Assembly: GCF_009914755.1 (NCBI RefSeq) | Contig: NC_060933.1 | Strand: one strand, 5' to 3' | Source of the DNA: the human T2T-CHM13v2.0 reference genome, Homo sapiens | DNA length: 64,000 nucleotides | Shown: piece by piece, positions 45,779 to 58,770 of the stretch | Numbering within the stretch: position 1 is the first letter of the stretch | How the letters are laid out: every line of letters starts with the position of its first letter | The notes under the pieces: generated by a model | Databases searched by the model: none | Told to the model about the DNA's origin: nothing | Seen by the model: the letters and a program-made list of their open reading frames with translations, nothing else | Translations under genes and position numbers: made by a program

Positions 45779-47028
45779 TGGAGAATTTATTAAAATGAAG
45801 ATCTCTGGGCCTTTTACCTGATCTACTGAATCTCTAGGGGGTGGGACCTAGATTTAAAATAAAGTTTAAAATAACATTTCCAGGTAATTCTGATGTCTGT
45901 AGATTACACTGTGAGATACTTTGGATTTTGAGTCTATTTTTGAAATTGGAAACGATAAGTGGCATTTATAATTTTATGACTATGTAAATACTTCCTAGAG
46001 AACCATGTAGTATGTTCACATCCATTGAGAAGTGAAAATGATATGCTGAATATTCAACCTATGTCTGTTAAAAAGAATATTCTAAATATCAAGGTCAAAT
46101 AGATGATCTTTCTGTATAGTCCATTAGTTATCCAAATTATGATCCATTTAGGTCTGTTTAATTTTTAAACCGTGGACTTCCTGGACAGCATTTCCCCCCT
46201 GGAATTTCTCATTGCCCTTCTCTTTACTTTTTCTTATAAAGAATGTCTACGTCCTTTGTCAGACATTTGTATAACAGGCTGAGAACATTTTTCCTTTTCC
46301 TCTTTGGCTTATGGTATGGATTTGGACGAATTAATTTCTAAACCTACTCACGTTTGTCATCATAGGTTTTCTTTTCGTTGTACAGCTGAACTTATTACAC
46401 AGTTTCTAGGATGCCAGATTATCCGTTTCTTTTTTGTCGGATTATTTTCAAGTATTTTTTTTCTCAGAAAGGATGGACAGGTGGTACGTTTTCTGACTCC
46501 TTAAATGACCGAAAATGTCTTTCTTTTGCCCTTAAGCTTAGTTGGCACTTCAGCTGAACATAATATTTTATGTCCATGTATTTTTGCCTTGGATTTTTGA
46601 AAGCATAGTTCTGTTATCTAAATTGAGCATACAGTAATGCTACCAAGGAGCCCATCAGTGTGATTCTTGTTTCTTCCTAGATAACTTGCTTGAAGCTTGT
46701 AGGATTTTCTCTTTAGGTGCACTATTGTAAAATCTCAACATCATCTGTTTATTTGGGTCCTTTGAAAATTTATCCTTCTTAGCCTTTGGTGGGCCTTTCC
46801 ATTTCAAAACCTAAGATTTTCTTTTCATTGATAAAATGTTCTCATATTTTTTCTTCATTGTATTCTTTGTTTTAGCACTCTGTTAGAGGTTGGATCTTAT
46901 GGATTTGACCTTCTTCTCTCTTTTCTCTCTTATCTCATGTTTTCCATCTTTTTATCTTTTGTTGTATCTCCTCAGTGGCCTTTGTACTTTTTGTTCCATC
47001 AATAAGTGGAATTCTTCTGTTTGCTCTA

Positions 47029-47377
47029 TGCTATGATCTGAATGTTGGTGTCCCCCCAAAATTCGTATGTTGAACCCTAATACCCAATGTGATAATATTG
47101 ATGAGGCCTTTTGGAAGTGATTACATCATGAGGGCTCGGCCCTCATAAATGGGATTAGTGCCCTTATAAAGGGGTTTAAGGAGCCTCCCTTCTCTTCTGC
47201 CATGTGAGGATACAGAAGGTGTCATTTACATGGAACAGACCCTTACCAGACACTGAATCTGCTGGTGCCTTGATCTTGGACTTTTCAGCCTCCAGAGCTG
47301 TGAGCAATACATTTCTGTTGTTTATAAATTACCCAATCTAAGGTATTTTGTTATAGCAGCCCAAATGGATGAAGATT
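47029..47377 (+). mobile_element. MaLR LTR (MLT1A/MSTD-like)
   Basis: tgctatgatctgaatgttggtgtccccccaaaattcgtatgttgaa...ggtattttgttatagcagcccaaatgga. Confidence 0.85.
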
Positions 47378-50128
47378 CTCTTTGATTATTTGAATTTTAA
47401 AATTTTAGAAATCAAATTATTACTTCTAAAAATTACTTATTTTTTAATTTTTTCCTTTTTCAAAGTAGCTTTCTTTAATAGAATAATTTTTTAATCTTTC
47501 TGATTATAATTTTTGAATTCTTTTCTGTTTCTTGCATTATCTTTGTTTTCTGTTGGGTAACTTCTGTTTGTTCTTCCTAGTCTTTCTCTGTTTTAAATTA
47601 AAAAAAATTTCCTTGTCTTTCTCTTTGATGCTGTTGATTTTCTTCAAGTGTATAATGAACCTTCACTGCCTTGCTTTATATAGGTATGTTGCTCATATGG
47701 GTTTGCTTTGTGTTTTTTGTATATCTGTTTACCAGAAGGTTTCTCCTTTGAATGTAAGGTTTGCCTATGGGCTTTTTGTAAGGCTTGGGGAAGGGCCTAT
47801 CCACAGGCTTTCCTGAAAGGTGTGTAGTAGATAGACTTCATTGTAGTGAATGAGAGTTAGGTCCTTTAAGTCAGGCCCTTTTCTAATTCTGTTGCTTGCC
47901 CAACACTCTGAGTAGGGATCTTTTCTGGACAAATGATTTTGAATGCAGTTTTTGGCCATTTGATGTAGGCAAATGCTGCAGGTAGCTGTTCTGAACATGG
48001 ATGAGTGGGAGGCTCAGCTTTTTTTGGTGAATGGTTTCTTAATTAATTGTTTTGATTCCTGTGGGCTTCTGCTCTCTATACTTACTAATTGGGTACTTAT
48101 AAGCCTTTCTGGGGCCTCTTCTATGAAAAGCAGCATCCTCTTCTGTAGACTTCTATTTAGGTTTTGGATTATAGTTTTTCTCCCTCGGTTTATTTGTCTC
48201 TATGAGTCTATGCTTCTGTTTTTAAGATATTTGTCAAATTTATAGTTCATTTATGGCTGCTGCTGTTGTTTCCCATGCTGATAAGGATTTATTTAATGTG
48301 GTGTGACTTGGGATTGTCAGTGTTGTGTTGTTAGCTCATCCCCTCAGAAAGAAGTATAATATCATTTTTAGGGTTATAGTATATTCTATTATTTAGATAT
48401 AGCATATTTGTATTTAACCACTGTAATTTTGTTGTACATTAGGGCTATTTTTAAAAATAGTATAATAATGCCGTGATGAATGGCTTTTTGGATAAAGTTT
48501 GCCCTGTATTATTGGTTTCAACCGGTTGTGCTACCGACCTAGTGAATAGAGGCTGAGATTGCTAAACATCTTGAAATGAAAAGAATAATCCTGCCCAATT
48601 AAAGAATTATACTACTATACTTCATATGCCAGTAGTACCCATTTGGACTGTCTGTGTAGATGTGTTGTGTGTATATGCTTTACTTTTTATTATGGAGAAA
48701 TTTTAATTAGATGCAAAGACAGAGAGAATACATTATTGAACACTCGTGTACCCATCACTCACCTTGAACAGTTATCAACACACGGACAATCTTGTTTCAT
48801 CTATAAACCTCTATTCTCTCTCTCCTTCTACCACTAATGGATTTTGAAGCAAATCCTAGATATCATGCTATTTTACCTACAGTTACTTTAGTGTTTACAG
48901 ACAATTCTAGTTATTAACAGTAATGTTCTGTAAAGTCACTACAAATACTTAATTAGCTAACACTGAACTATTACTCCTAGAGGAAGTAAGGGGTTAGGTT
49001 CCTGTAAGCCTCTGGTCACAACAATTTTGTCAACTGATCAATACATAGCCTCATTTTATGTGTGTTTCTGTTTAAAGATACTTCATTTATTGTTGATTCA
49101 TTGACGTCGAACTCTTGGCCAAAAGCACTGTTAACTCATGCCTGAACAAAGCTTATCTAACCCATTGTTTTCTCCCTATGGCATGTCACAACCTTCTTAG
49201 GAACACTAGCCAGCACTTCAGCACTGTGCTTGATGATCATTTGAAGGACTGAAGTCATCAAAAACAAGCACCAAAATGTGACAAATGTGGTACTAAATAA
49301 ACCGTGAAAAGGAAACTTGTGTTTATAGTATAAGAGCTGAAGCAGAGTGTCACTTTATTTGACATCAGTTGGAAACATGTGGGTTGTGTGACTCAAATTT
49401 TTTGCCACTTTGTGTGTACCTGCAAATGACTACAATAGTGCCACAATAATTTTTTTATTTTTATTTTTATGATTATACTTTAAGTTCTGGGTTACATGGG
49501 CAGAACGTGCAGTTTGTTATGTAGGTATACATGTGCCCTAGTGGTTTGCTGCACCCATCAACCTGTCACCTACATTACGTATTTCTCCTAATGTTATCCC
49601 TCCTGTAGCCCCCACCTCCGACAGGACCCAGTGTGTGATGCTCCCCTCCCTGTGTCCATGTGTTCTCATTGTTCAACTCCCACTAATGAGTGAGAACATG
49701 CAGTGTTTGGTTTTCTGATCTTGTGATAGTTTGCTGGGAATGATGGTTTCCAGCTTCATCCATGTCCCTGCAAAGGACATAAACTCATCCTTTTTTATGT
49801 CTGCATAGTATTCCATGGTGTATATGTGCCACATTTTCTTTATCCAGTCTATCATTGATGGACATTTGGGTTGGTTCCAACTCTTTGCTATTGTGAATAC
49901 TGCCACAGTGAACATATGTGTGCATGAGTCTTTATTGTAGAATGATTTATAATCCTTTGGGTACATGCCTAGTAATGGGATTGCTGGGCCAAATGGTATT
50001 TCTAGTTCTAGATCCTTGAGGAATCGCCACACTATCTTCCACAATGGTTGAACTAATTTACACCCCCACCAACAGTGTAAAAGTGTTTCTATTTCTCCAG
50101 ATTCTCTCCAGCATCTGTTGTTTCCTGA

Positions 50129-50454
<326 letters not shown>

Positions 50455-53400
50455 TGTTTCCTGACTTTTTAATGATCACAATTCTAACTGGCGTGAGATG
50501 GTATCTCGTTGTGGTTTTGATTTGCATTTCTCTAATGACCAGTGATGATGAGCATTTTTTCATATGTCTGTTGGCTGCATAAATGTTTTCTTGTGAGAAG
50601 TGTCTGTTCATATCCTTTGCCAATTTTTTGATGGAACTTTTTTTTTCTGGTAGATTTGTTTAAGTTCTTTGTAGATTCTGGATATTAGCCCTCTGTCAGA
50701 TGGATAGATTGCAAAAATTTTCTCCCATTCTATAGGTTGCCTGTTCACTCTGATGATAGTTTCTTTTGCTGTGCAGAAGCTCTTTAGTTTAATTAGATCC
50801 CATTTGTCTCTTTTGGCTTTTGTTGCCATTGCTTTTGGTGTTTTGGACATGAAGTCTTTGCCCATGCATATGTCCTGAATGGTATTGCCCAGGTTTTCTT
50901 CTAAGATTTTTATGGTCCTAGGTCTTACGTTTAAGTCTTTGATCCATCTTGAGTTTATTTTTGTAAAAGGTGTAAGTGAGGGGTCCAGTTTCAGTTGTCT
51001 GCATATGGCTAGCCAGTTTTCCCAACACCATTTATTAAATAGGGAATCTTTTCCCCATTGCTTGTGTGTGTCAGGTTTGTCAAAGATCAGATGGTTGTAG
51101 CTGTGTGGTGTTATTTCTGAGGCCTCCATTCTGTTCCATTGGTCTATATATCTGTTTTGGTACCAGTACATGCTGTTTTGGTTACTGTAGCCTTGAAGTG
51201 TAGTTTGAAGTCAGGTAGCATGATGCCTCCAGCTTTGTCCTTCTTGCCCAGGAGTGTCTTGGCTATGCGGGCTCTTTTTTGGTTCCATATGAACTTTAAA
51301 GTAGTTTTTTCCAATTCTGTGAAGAAAGTCAGTGGTAGCTTGATGGGGACAGCATTGAATCTATAAATTACTTTGGGCAGTATGGCCATTTTCACGATAT
51401 TGATTCTTCCTATCCGTGAGCATGGAATTTTTTTCCATTTGTTTGTGTCCTCTCTTACTTCCTTGAGCAGTGGTTTGTAGTTCTCCTTGAACAGGTCCTT
51501 CACATCCTTTGTAAGTTGTATTCCTAGGTATTTTATTCTCTTAGTAGCAGTTGTGAATGGGAGTTCACTCATGGTTTGGCTGTTTGTCTGTTATTGGTGT
51601 ATAGGAATGCTTGTGATTTTCGCACATTGATTTTGTATCCTGAGACTTTGCTGAAGTTGCTTATCAGCTTAAGGAGGATTTGGGCTGAGACCATGGGGTT
51701 TTCTAAATGTACAATCATGTCATCTGCAAACAGAGACAAATTGACTTCCTCTCTTCCTATTTGGATACCCTTTATTGCTTTCTCTTGCCTGATTGCCCTG
51801 GCCAGAACTTCCAATATTATGTTGAATAGGAGTGGTGAGAGAGGGCATCCTTGTCTTATGCTGGTTTTCGAAGGGAATGCTTTGAGTTTTTGCCCTATCA
51901 GTATGGTATTGGCTATGGATTTCTCATAAATAGCTCTTATTATTTTGAAATATGTCCCATTGATACCTAGTTTATTGAGAGTTTTTGGCATGAATAGGTG
52001 TTGAATTTTATTGAAGGCCTTTTCTGCATCTATTGAGATAATCGTGTGGTTTTTGTCATTGGTTCTGTTTATGTGATGGTTCTGTTTATGTGATTACATT
52101 TATTGATTTGCATATGTTGAACCAGCCTTGCATCCCAGGGATGAAGCCAACTTCATCATGGTGGATAAGCTTTTTGATGTGCTGCTGGATTTGGTTTGCC
52201 ACTATTTTATTGAGGATTTTCGCATTGATGTTCATCAGGGATATTGGCCTGAAATTTTCTTTTTTTGTTGTGTCTCTGCCAGGTTTTGGTATCAGGATGA
52301 TGCTGGCCTCATAAAATGAGTTAGGGAGGAGTCCCTCTTTTTCTGTTGTTTGGAATAGTTTCAGAAGGAATGGTACCAGCTCCTCTTTGTACCTCTGGTA
52401 GAATTCGGCTGTGAATCCATCTAGTCCTTGACTTTTTTTGGTTGGTAGGCTGTTAATTACTGTCTCAATTTCAGAACTTGTTATTGGTCTATTCCAGGAT
52501 TCGATTTCTTCCTGTCTTGGAATTGGGAGGGTGTATGTGTCCAGGAATTTATCCATTTTTTCTAGATTTTCTAGTTTATTTGCGTAGAGGTGTTTATAGT
52601 ATTCTCTGATGGTAGTCTGTATTTCTTTGGGATCAGTGGTGATATCCCCTATATCATTTTTTATGGCATCTATTTGATTCTTCTTGCTTTTCTCCTTTAT
52701 TAGTCTGGCTAGCAGTCTATCTGTTTTGTTGATGTTTTCAAAAAACCAGCTCCTGCATTCACTGAGTTTTTGAAGGGTTTTTTGTGTCTCTATTTCCTTC
52801 AGTTTTGCTCTGATCTTAGTTATTTCTTGTCTTCTGCTAGCTTTTGAATTTGTTTGCTGTTGCTTCTCTAGTCCTTTTAATTGTGATGTTAGGGTGTCAA
52901 TTTTAGATCTTTCCTGCTTTGTCTTGTGGGCATTTAGTACTATAAATTCCCCCTAAACACTGCTTTAGCTGTGTCCCAGAGATTCGGGTATGTTGTCTCT
53001 TTGTTCTCATTGGTGTCAAAGAATATCTTTATTTCTGCCTTCATTTCGTTATTTACCCAGTAGTCATTCAGGAGCAGGTTGTTCGGTTTCCATGTATTTG
53101 TGCAGTGTTGAGTGAGTTTCTTAATCCTGAGTTCTAATTTGGTTGCACTGTGGTCTGAGAGACTGTTTATTTTGATTTCTGTTCTTTTGCATTTGCTGAG
53201 TAGTGTTTTACTTGCAATTATATGGTCAATTTTAGAATAAATGTGATGTGGTGCTGAGAAGAATGTATATTCTGTTGATTTGGGGTAGAGAGTTCTGTAG
53301 ATGTCTATTAGGTCCCCCTGGTCCAGAGCTGAGTTCAACTCCTGAATATCCTTGTTAATTTTCTGTTTCATTGATCTGTCTGATATTGACAGTGGGGTGT

Positions 53401-55231
53401 CAAACTCACCCACTATTATTGTGTGGGAGTCTAATTCTCTTTGTAGGTGTCTAAGAACTTGTTTTATGAATCTGGGTGTTCCCATATTGGGTGCATATAT
53501 ATTTAGGATAGTTCACTCTTGCTGCATTGATCCCTTTACCATCATGTAATACCCTTCTTTGTCTCTTTTGATCTTTGTTGGTTTAAGATCTGTTTTATCA
53601 GAGATTAGGATTGCAACTCCTGCTTTTTTTTGCTTTCCATTTGCTTGGTAAATATTCTTCCATCCCTGTATTTTGAGCCTATGTGTGTCTTTGCACATGA
53701 GATGGTTCTCCTGAATACAGCACACTGATGGGTCTTGACTCTTTATCCAATTTGGCAGTCTGTGTCTTTTAATTGGGGCACTTAGCCCGTTTACATTTAA
53801 GGTTAATATTTTTATATGTGAATTTGATCCTGTCATGATGTTAGCTGGTTGTTTTGCCCATTAGTTAATGCAGTTTCTTCATAGTGTCAATGTTCTTTAC
53901 AATTTGGTATGTTTTTGCAGTGGCCGATACCAGTTGTTCCTTTCCATGTGTAGTGCTTCTTTCAGAAGCTCTTGTAAGGCAGGTCTGGTGGTGACAAAAA
54001 TCCCTCAGCATTTGCTTGTCTGTAAAGGACTTTATTTCTCATTCGCTTATGAAGCTTATTTTGGATGGATATGAAATTCTGGTTTGAAAATTGTTTTCTT
54101 TAAGAACATTGAATATTGGCCTTAACTCTCTTCTGGCTTGTAGGGTTTCTCCAGAGAGAGATCTGCTGTTAGTCTGATGGGCTTCCCTTTGCGGGTAACC
54201 CAATCTTTCTTACTGCCCTTAACATTTTTTCTTTCATTTCAACCTTGGTGAATCTGATGATTATGTGTCTTGGGGTTGCTCTTCTCAAGGAGTATCTTTG
54301 TGGCATTCTCTCTATTTCCTGAATTTGAATGTTGTCCTGTCTTGCTAGGTTGGAGAAGTTCTCCTGGATAATATCCTGAAGAGTGTTTTCCAACTCGGTT
54401 CCATTCTCTCCGTCACTTTCAGGTACACCAATCAAATGTAGACTTGGTCTTTTCACATAGTCCCATATTTCTTGGAGGCTTTGTTTTTCCTTTTTATTCT
54501 TTTTTCTCTAATCTTGTCTTCTCTGTTTATTTCATTAAGTGGATCTTCAATCAATGATATCTTTTCTTCCGCTTGATCGATTCGGCTATTGATACTTGTG
54601 TAGTCTTCGCAAAGTTCTCATGCTGTGTTTTTCAGCTCTGTCAGGTCTTTTATGTTCTTCTCTACATTGGTTATTCTAGTTAGCCATTTGACTGACTCTT
54701 TTTCAAGGTTCTTAGCTTCCTTGCATTAGTTTAGAACATGGTCCTTTAGCTCAGAGTTGTTTGTTATTACCCACCTTCTGAAGCCTACTTCTGTCAGTTC
54801 GTCAAACTCATTCTCTGTCCAGCTTTGTTCCCTTGCTGGCGAGGAGTTGTCATCCTTTGGAAGAGGAGAGGTATTGTGGTTTTTAGAATTTTCAGCCTTT
54901 TTGCACTGTTTTTTCCCCATCTTTGTGGATTTATCTTTCTTTGATCTTTGATGTTGGTAACCTTTGGATGGGGTCTTTGAGTGGATGTGCTAATCCTTTC
55001 TGTTTGTTTCTTTTCCTTCTGACAGTCAGGCCCCTCTTCTGCAGGTGTGTTGGAGTTTGCTGGAGGTCCACTCCTGACCCTGTTTGCTTGGGTATCAGCA
55101 GTAGAGGCTGCAGAGCAGCAAAGATTGCTGCCTGTTCTTTCCTCTGGAAGCTTCGACCCAGTGGGGCACCTGCCAGATGCCAGCCAGAACTCTCCTGTAT
55201 GAGGTGTCTGTTGGCCCCAACTGGGAGATAT

Positions 55232-55918
55232 TGACAGGTGAAGCCAGCTGGGCTTCTGGGTTGGGTGGGGACTTGGAGAACTTCTCTGTCTAGCTAAAGG
55301 ATTGTAAACACACCAATCAGTGCTCTGTGTCTAGCTAAAGGTTTGTAAATGCACCAATCAGCACTCTGTAAAAACGGACCAGTCAGCACTCTGTAAAATG
55401 GACCAATCAGCGCTCTGTAAAATGGACTAATTATCAGGACGTGGGCGGGGCCAAATAAGGGAATAAAAGCTGGCCATCTGAGCCAGCAGGGGCAACCTGC
55501 TCAGGTCCCTTTCCATACTGTGGAAGCTGTGTTCTTTTGCTCTTCACAATAAATCTTGCTGCTGCTCACTCTTTGGGTCCGCACTACCTTTGTGAGCTGT
55601 AACACTCACTGCGAAGGTCTACGGCTTCACTCCTGAAGTCAGCAAGACCACGAACCACTGGGAGGAACAGACGACTCTGGATGCGCCACCTTTAAGAGCT
55701 GTAATACTCACTGCAAAGGTCTGCGGCTTCACTCCTGAAGTCAGCAAGACCACGAACCCACTGGAAGGAAGAAACTCTGGACACATCTGAACATCTGAAG
55801 GAACAAACTCTGGACACACCATCTTTAAGAACTGTAACACTCACCGCGAGGGTCCGCAGCTTCATTCGTGAAGTCAGCGAGACCAAGAACCCACTAGAAG
55901 GAACCAATTCCGGACACA
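55232..55918 (+). mobile_element. LTR12 (ERV9) solo LTR inserted in the L1 5'UTR
   Basis: TG...CA ends (tgacaggtgaagccagctgggcttc ... gaaccaattccggacaca); repeated ccaatcagc(a/g)ctctg units; GC box; tandem U5 repeats ggcttcactcctgaagtcagcaagaccacgaac; 4-bp TSD atat/gtat. Confidence 0.93.
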
Positions 55919-57317
55919 GTATCTCCTAGTCAGTATACATGGGAGTCAGGGACCCATTTGAGGAGGCAGACTGACCCTTAGCAGACCTGGAATGCTGTGC
56001 TGGGAGGTCCGCTGCTCTCTTTAGAGCTGTCAGACAGGGATGTTTAAGTCTGCTATAAGCCCCTGACTGGGGCTGCTGCCTTTTTTATAGAGATGCCCTT
56101 TCCAGAGAGGAGCAATCTGGCAGTCTGGCCACAGCAGTTTTGCTGAGCTGCAGTGGGCTCTGCCCAGTTCGAACTTCCCAGCAGCTTTGTTTACACTGTG
56201 GCCGTGAAACTGCCTACTCAAGCCTCAGCAATGGCGGACGCCCTTCCCCCACCAACCTTGACTGTCCCAGGTGGATCTCAGATTGCTGCTGTGCTGGCAG
56301 CCAGAATTTAAAGCCAGTAGATCTTGGTTTCTTGGGCTCAGTGGGGGTGGGACCTGCTGAGCCAGACCACTTGGCTTCATGGCTTCTCTCTGGCTTGTGT
56401 TCTGGGCGCCAGTAGGGTATGGAAAAAAAAAAAGCTCCTGCAGCTAGTTCGGTGTCTGCCCAATTGGCTGCCCAGTTTTGTGCTTGAAACCCAGGGCCCT
56501 GGTGGGGTAGGCACTGGAGGGAATCTCCTGGTTTGCGGGATGTAAAGACCGTGGGACAAGCACAGTATCTGTGCTGGAGTTCCTCAGACTCAGTCCTTCA
56601 TGGCTTCCCTTAGGTAGGGGAGAAAATTCCCCCACCCCTTGTGCTTCCAGGTGAGGCGGTGCCCCACCCTGCTTCGGCTAGCCCTCTGTGGGCTGCACCC
56701 ACTGTTCAGCGAGTCCCAATGAGATGAACCGGGTACTTCAGTTGGAAATGCAGAAATCACTCACCTTCTCTGTTGATCTTGCTGAGCTGCAGACCAGTGC
56801 TGTTCCCTTTCGGCCATCTTGAATCTCAGTAGTGCCACAATTATTGAGTTTCGTGTTAACAAATAAATTGTATTGAGTAGGCCAGTTTACAAATTCTGAA
56901 TCCATGAATAAGGACTATCTCTAAAAGATAAGGGGTGTTTTAACAGAACCATCGTATCATCATCATGCTTTGAATTCTATAATTATTCTCTATTATAATT
57001 AAATATCTAGTCCGTTTTCACATTTCTCGGATTGTCTAATACCTTTTTTAAAAAAGGTTGGTTTGTTCCTAGGAGGATCAAACATGGATAGTCTACCTGC
57101 TGAATATATAGGTTCATTTTTTTCCTCTTCCATCTTTCTCTTACTCTTTTTTTCCTTGCAATTTATTTTTGGAATAAATTGGGTTATTTATTCTGTAGAG
57201 TTTCCCCAAATCTGACTTATTGTAGTACTCTGTACCCTATAGTTGCCATAAATAGGATCTTATTCAGATTCATTTTTGATATTTTGGCAAAAATAATCTT
57301 TTTAGATGTTACTATTT

Positions 57318-57453
57318 ACAAGGCTTACTGTGGAGATTTTACAGGTTCAGTTCCAGACCACTGCAATAAAGCAAATATTGCAATAAAGCAAATATTACAA
57401 TAAAGCAAGTCACACAAATTTTTTAGTTTCCCATTGCATATAAAAGTTATATT
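57318..57453 (-). mobile_element. Tigger1 terminal fragment
   Basis: ggttcagttccagaccactgcaataaagcaaatattgcaataaagc...gtcacacaaattttttagtttccc. Confidence 0.8.
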
Positions 57454-58117
57454 CAGAATGATTTATAATTGAAATAATAAAATAGAATTGAAAGCACTCT
57501 ATATTAGCTAGCCTATGGACTTAATCCTTTGGGAAGCAATGTAATTGTGTAAAGTAGCAATTAATGTTGCTAGGTACAAAGTTGTATTTAAATTTGTAAT
57601 TATGTAGAATTGATATCACACTATGTAGAAAGATACTGGAGGCTGAAGTGGACGCCACAACAAATAATGTTAGTGATAACACTGTCTACTGTCTCCTCGA
57701 TAGAAAATAAAGAACGGAAGGAGAATGCAGCAAAACACATTGGGGTCTTGGTTGAGTGTTAGTGTTGTTCATTGAGCAACTTCAGCCAGCATGTTTTGAG
57801 AAGACTCTTTTTCTGATACCATTTGGCCTGAATCCCCATTCTTCAGTCATAGTGTCATGACTTACCATGTTTCAAAACCATAGCATAATATATTTGCTGA
57901 TAACAATCAATACGTACCAAATATTAGTAATGATTTATCTTTTTCCATTAGAGAGGTTTCAGGATTATCCTTTGCTAATACCATTACTTTTTACTAAAAT
58001 TTCTTGTGCTTTCCTGAGTGAGAAGATGTCTGAAGAATGAGAAGGTTGAAGCAAGGTGAAGGTAGAGAAAGGGGGTGGGGTAAGAGGAAGAAAGAAGAGA
58101 AAAGAGCATTTCCTCAA

Positions 58118-58346
58118 TGTGAAAGTTAATTTTAATTATCAATTTGACTGGGCCATCAGATGCCCAGATATTTGGATTAACGTTAGTTTTGGATGTGTTT
58201 GTGACAGTGCTTCTGGAAGAGATTAGCGTTTGAATTGATGAACTGAGTAAAGCAGACTGCCCTCTCCAATGTTGGTGGCCATCATCCGGTCATTTGAGGC
58301 CTGAATAGAACATGAAGGCTGAGGAAAGTTGAATTTGCTCTCTGCT
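58118..58346 (+). mobile_element. MLT2 (C/D-like) LTR 5' half
   Basis: tgtgaaagttaattttaattatcaatttgactgggcc...tgcccagatatttgg...ctgagtaaagcagactgccctc. Confidence 0.8.
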
Positions 58347-58768
58347 ATGATAATATGTCTTTGCCAAGCATGCCAGACATGTATGTCATATTTTTTACTT
58401 AGTACTTATTTGTGAATAAGTATAAGAAAATGATCGCTTATCAGTAGTGCATAAATTTAGATTCAGGAAGGATAGTGATGCAAAGCAACCACAGGTTGTC
58501 CACATGGGTAGCTGAGATAGTGACACCTTTGCTTTCTGAGGGATCAGTGTTCACAAACATTGTTTTAAGCACAAAATCATTAAAAAATATTAATTAAAAC
58601 TACCTTCAGGCTATGTATGTAAGATATATGTTAAACAGAAATCAATTTTGTGTTTAGGCTTGGTTCCCATTGCCAAGATAGCTCATTTATGTATATGAAA
58701 ATATTCTGAAATCCAAAATTTGAAACACTTCTGATCCCAACCATGTCAGATAAGGGATACCCAACCTG
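58347..58768 (+). mobile_element. Tigger4/Zombi 3' end
   Basis: gctgagatagtgacacctttgctttctg...taccttcaggctatgt...gaaacacttctgatcccaa...gataagggatacccaacctg + TA. Confidence 0.8.
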
Positions 58769-58770
58769 TA

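Noticed and set aside
55585-55900. Spaced direct repeats resembling a CRISPR-like array
   Set aside because: These are the normal tandem U5 repeats of LTR12/ERV9; no unique spacers, no cas genes, eukaryotic DNA.
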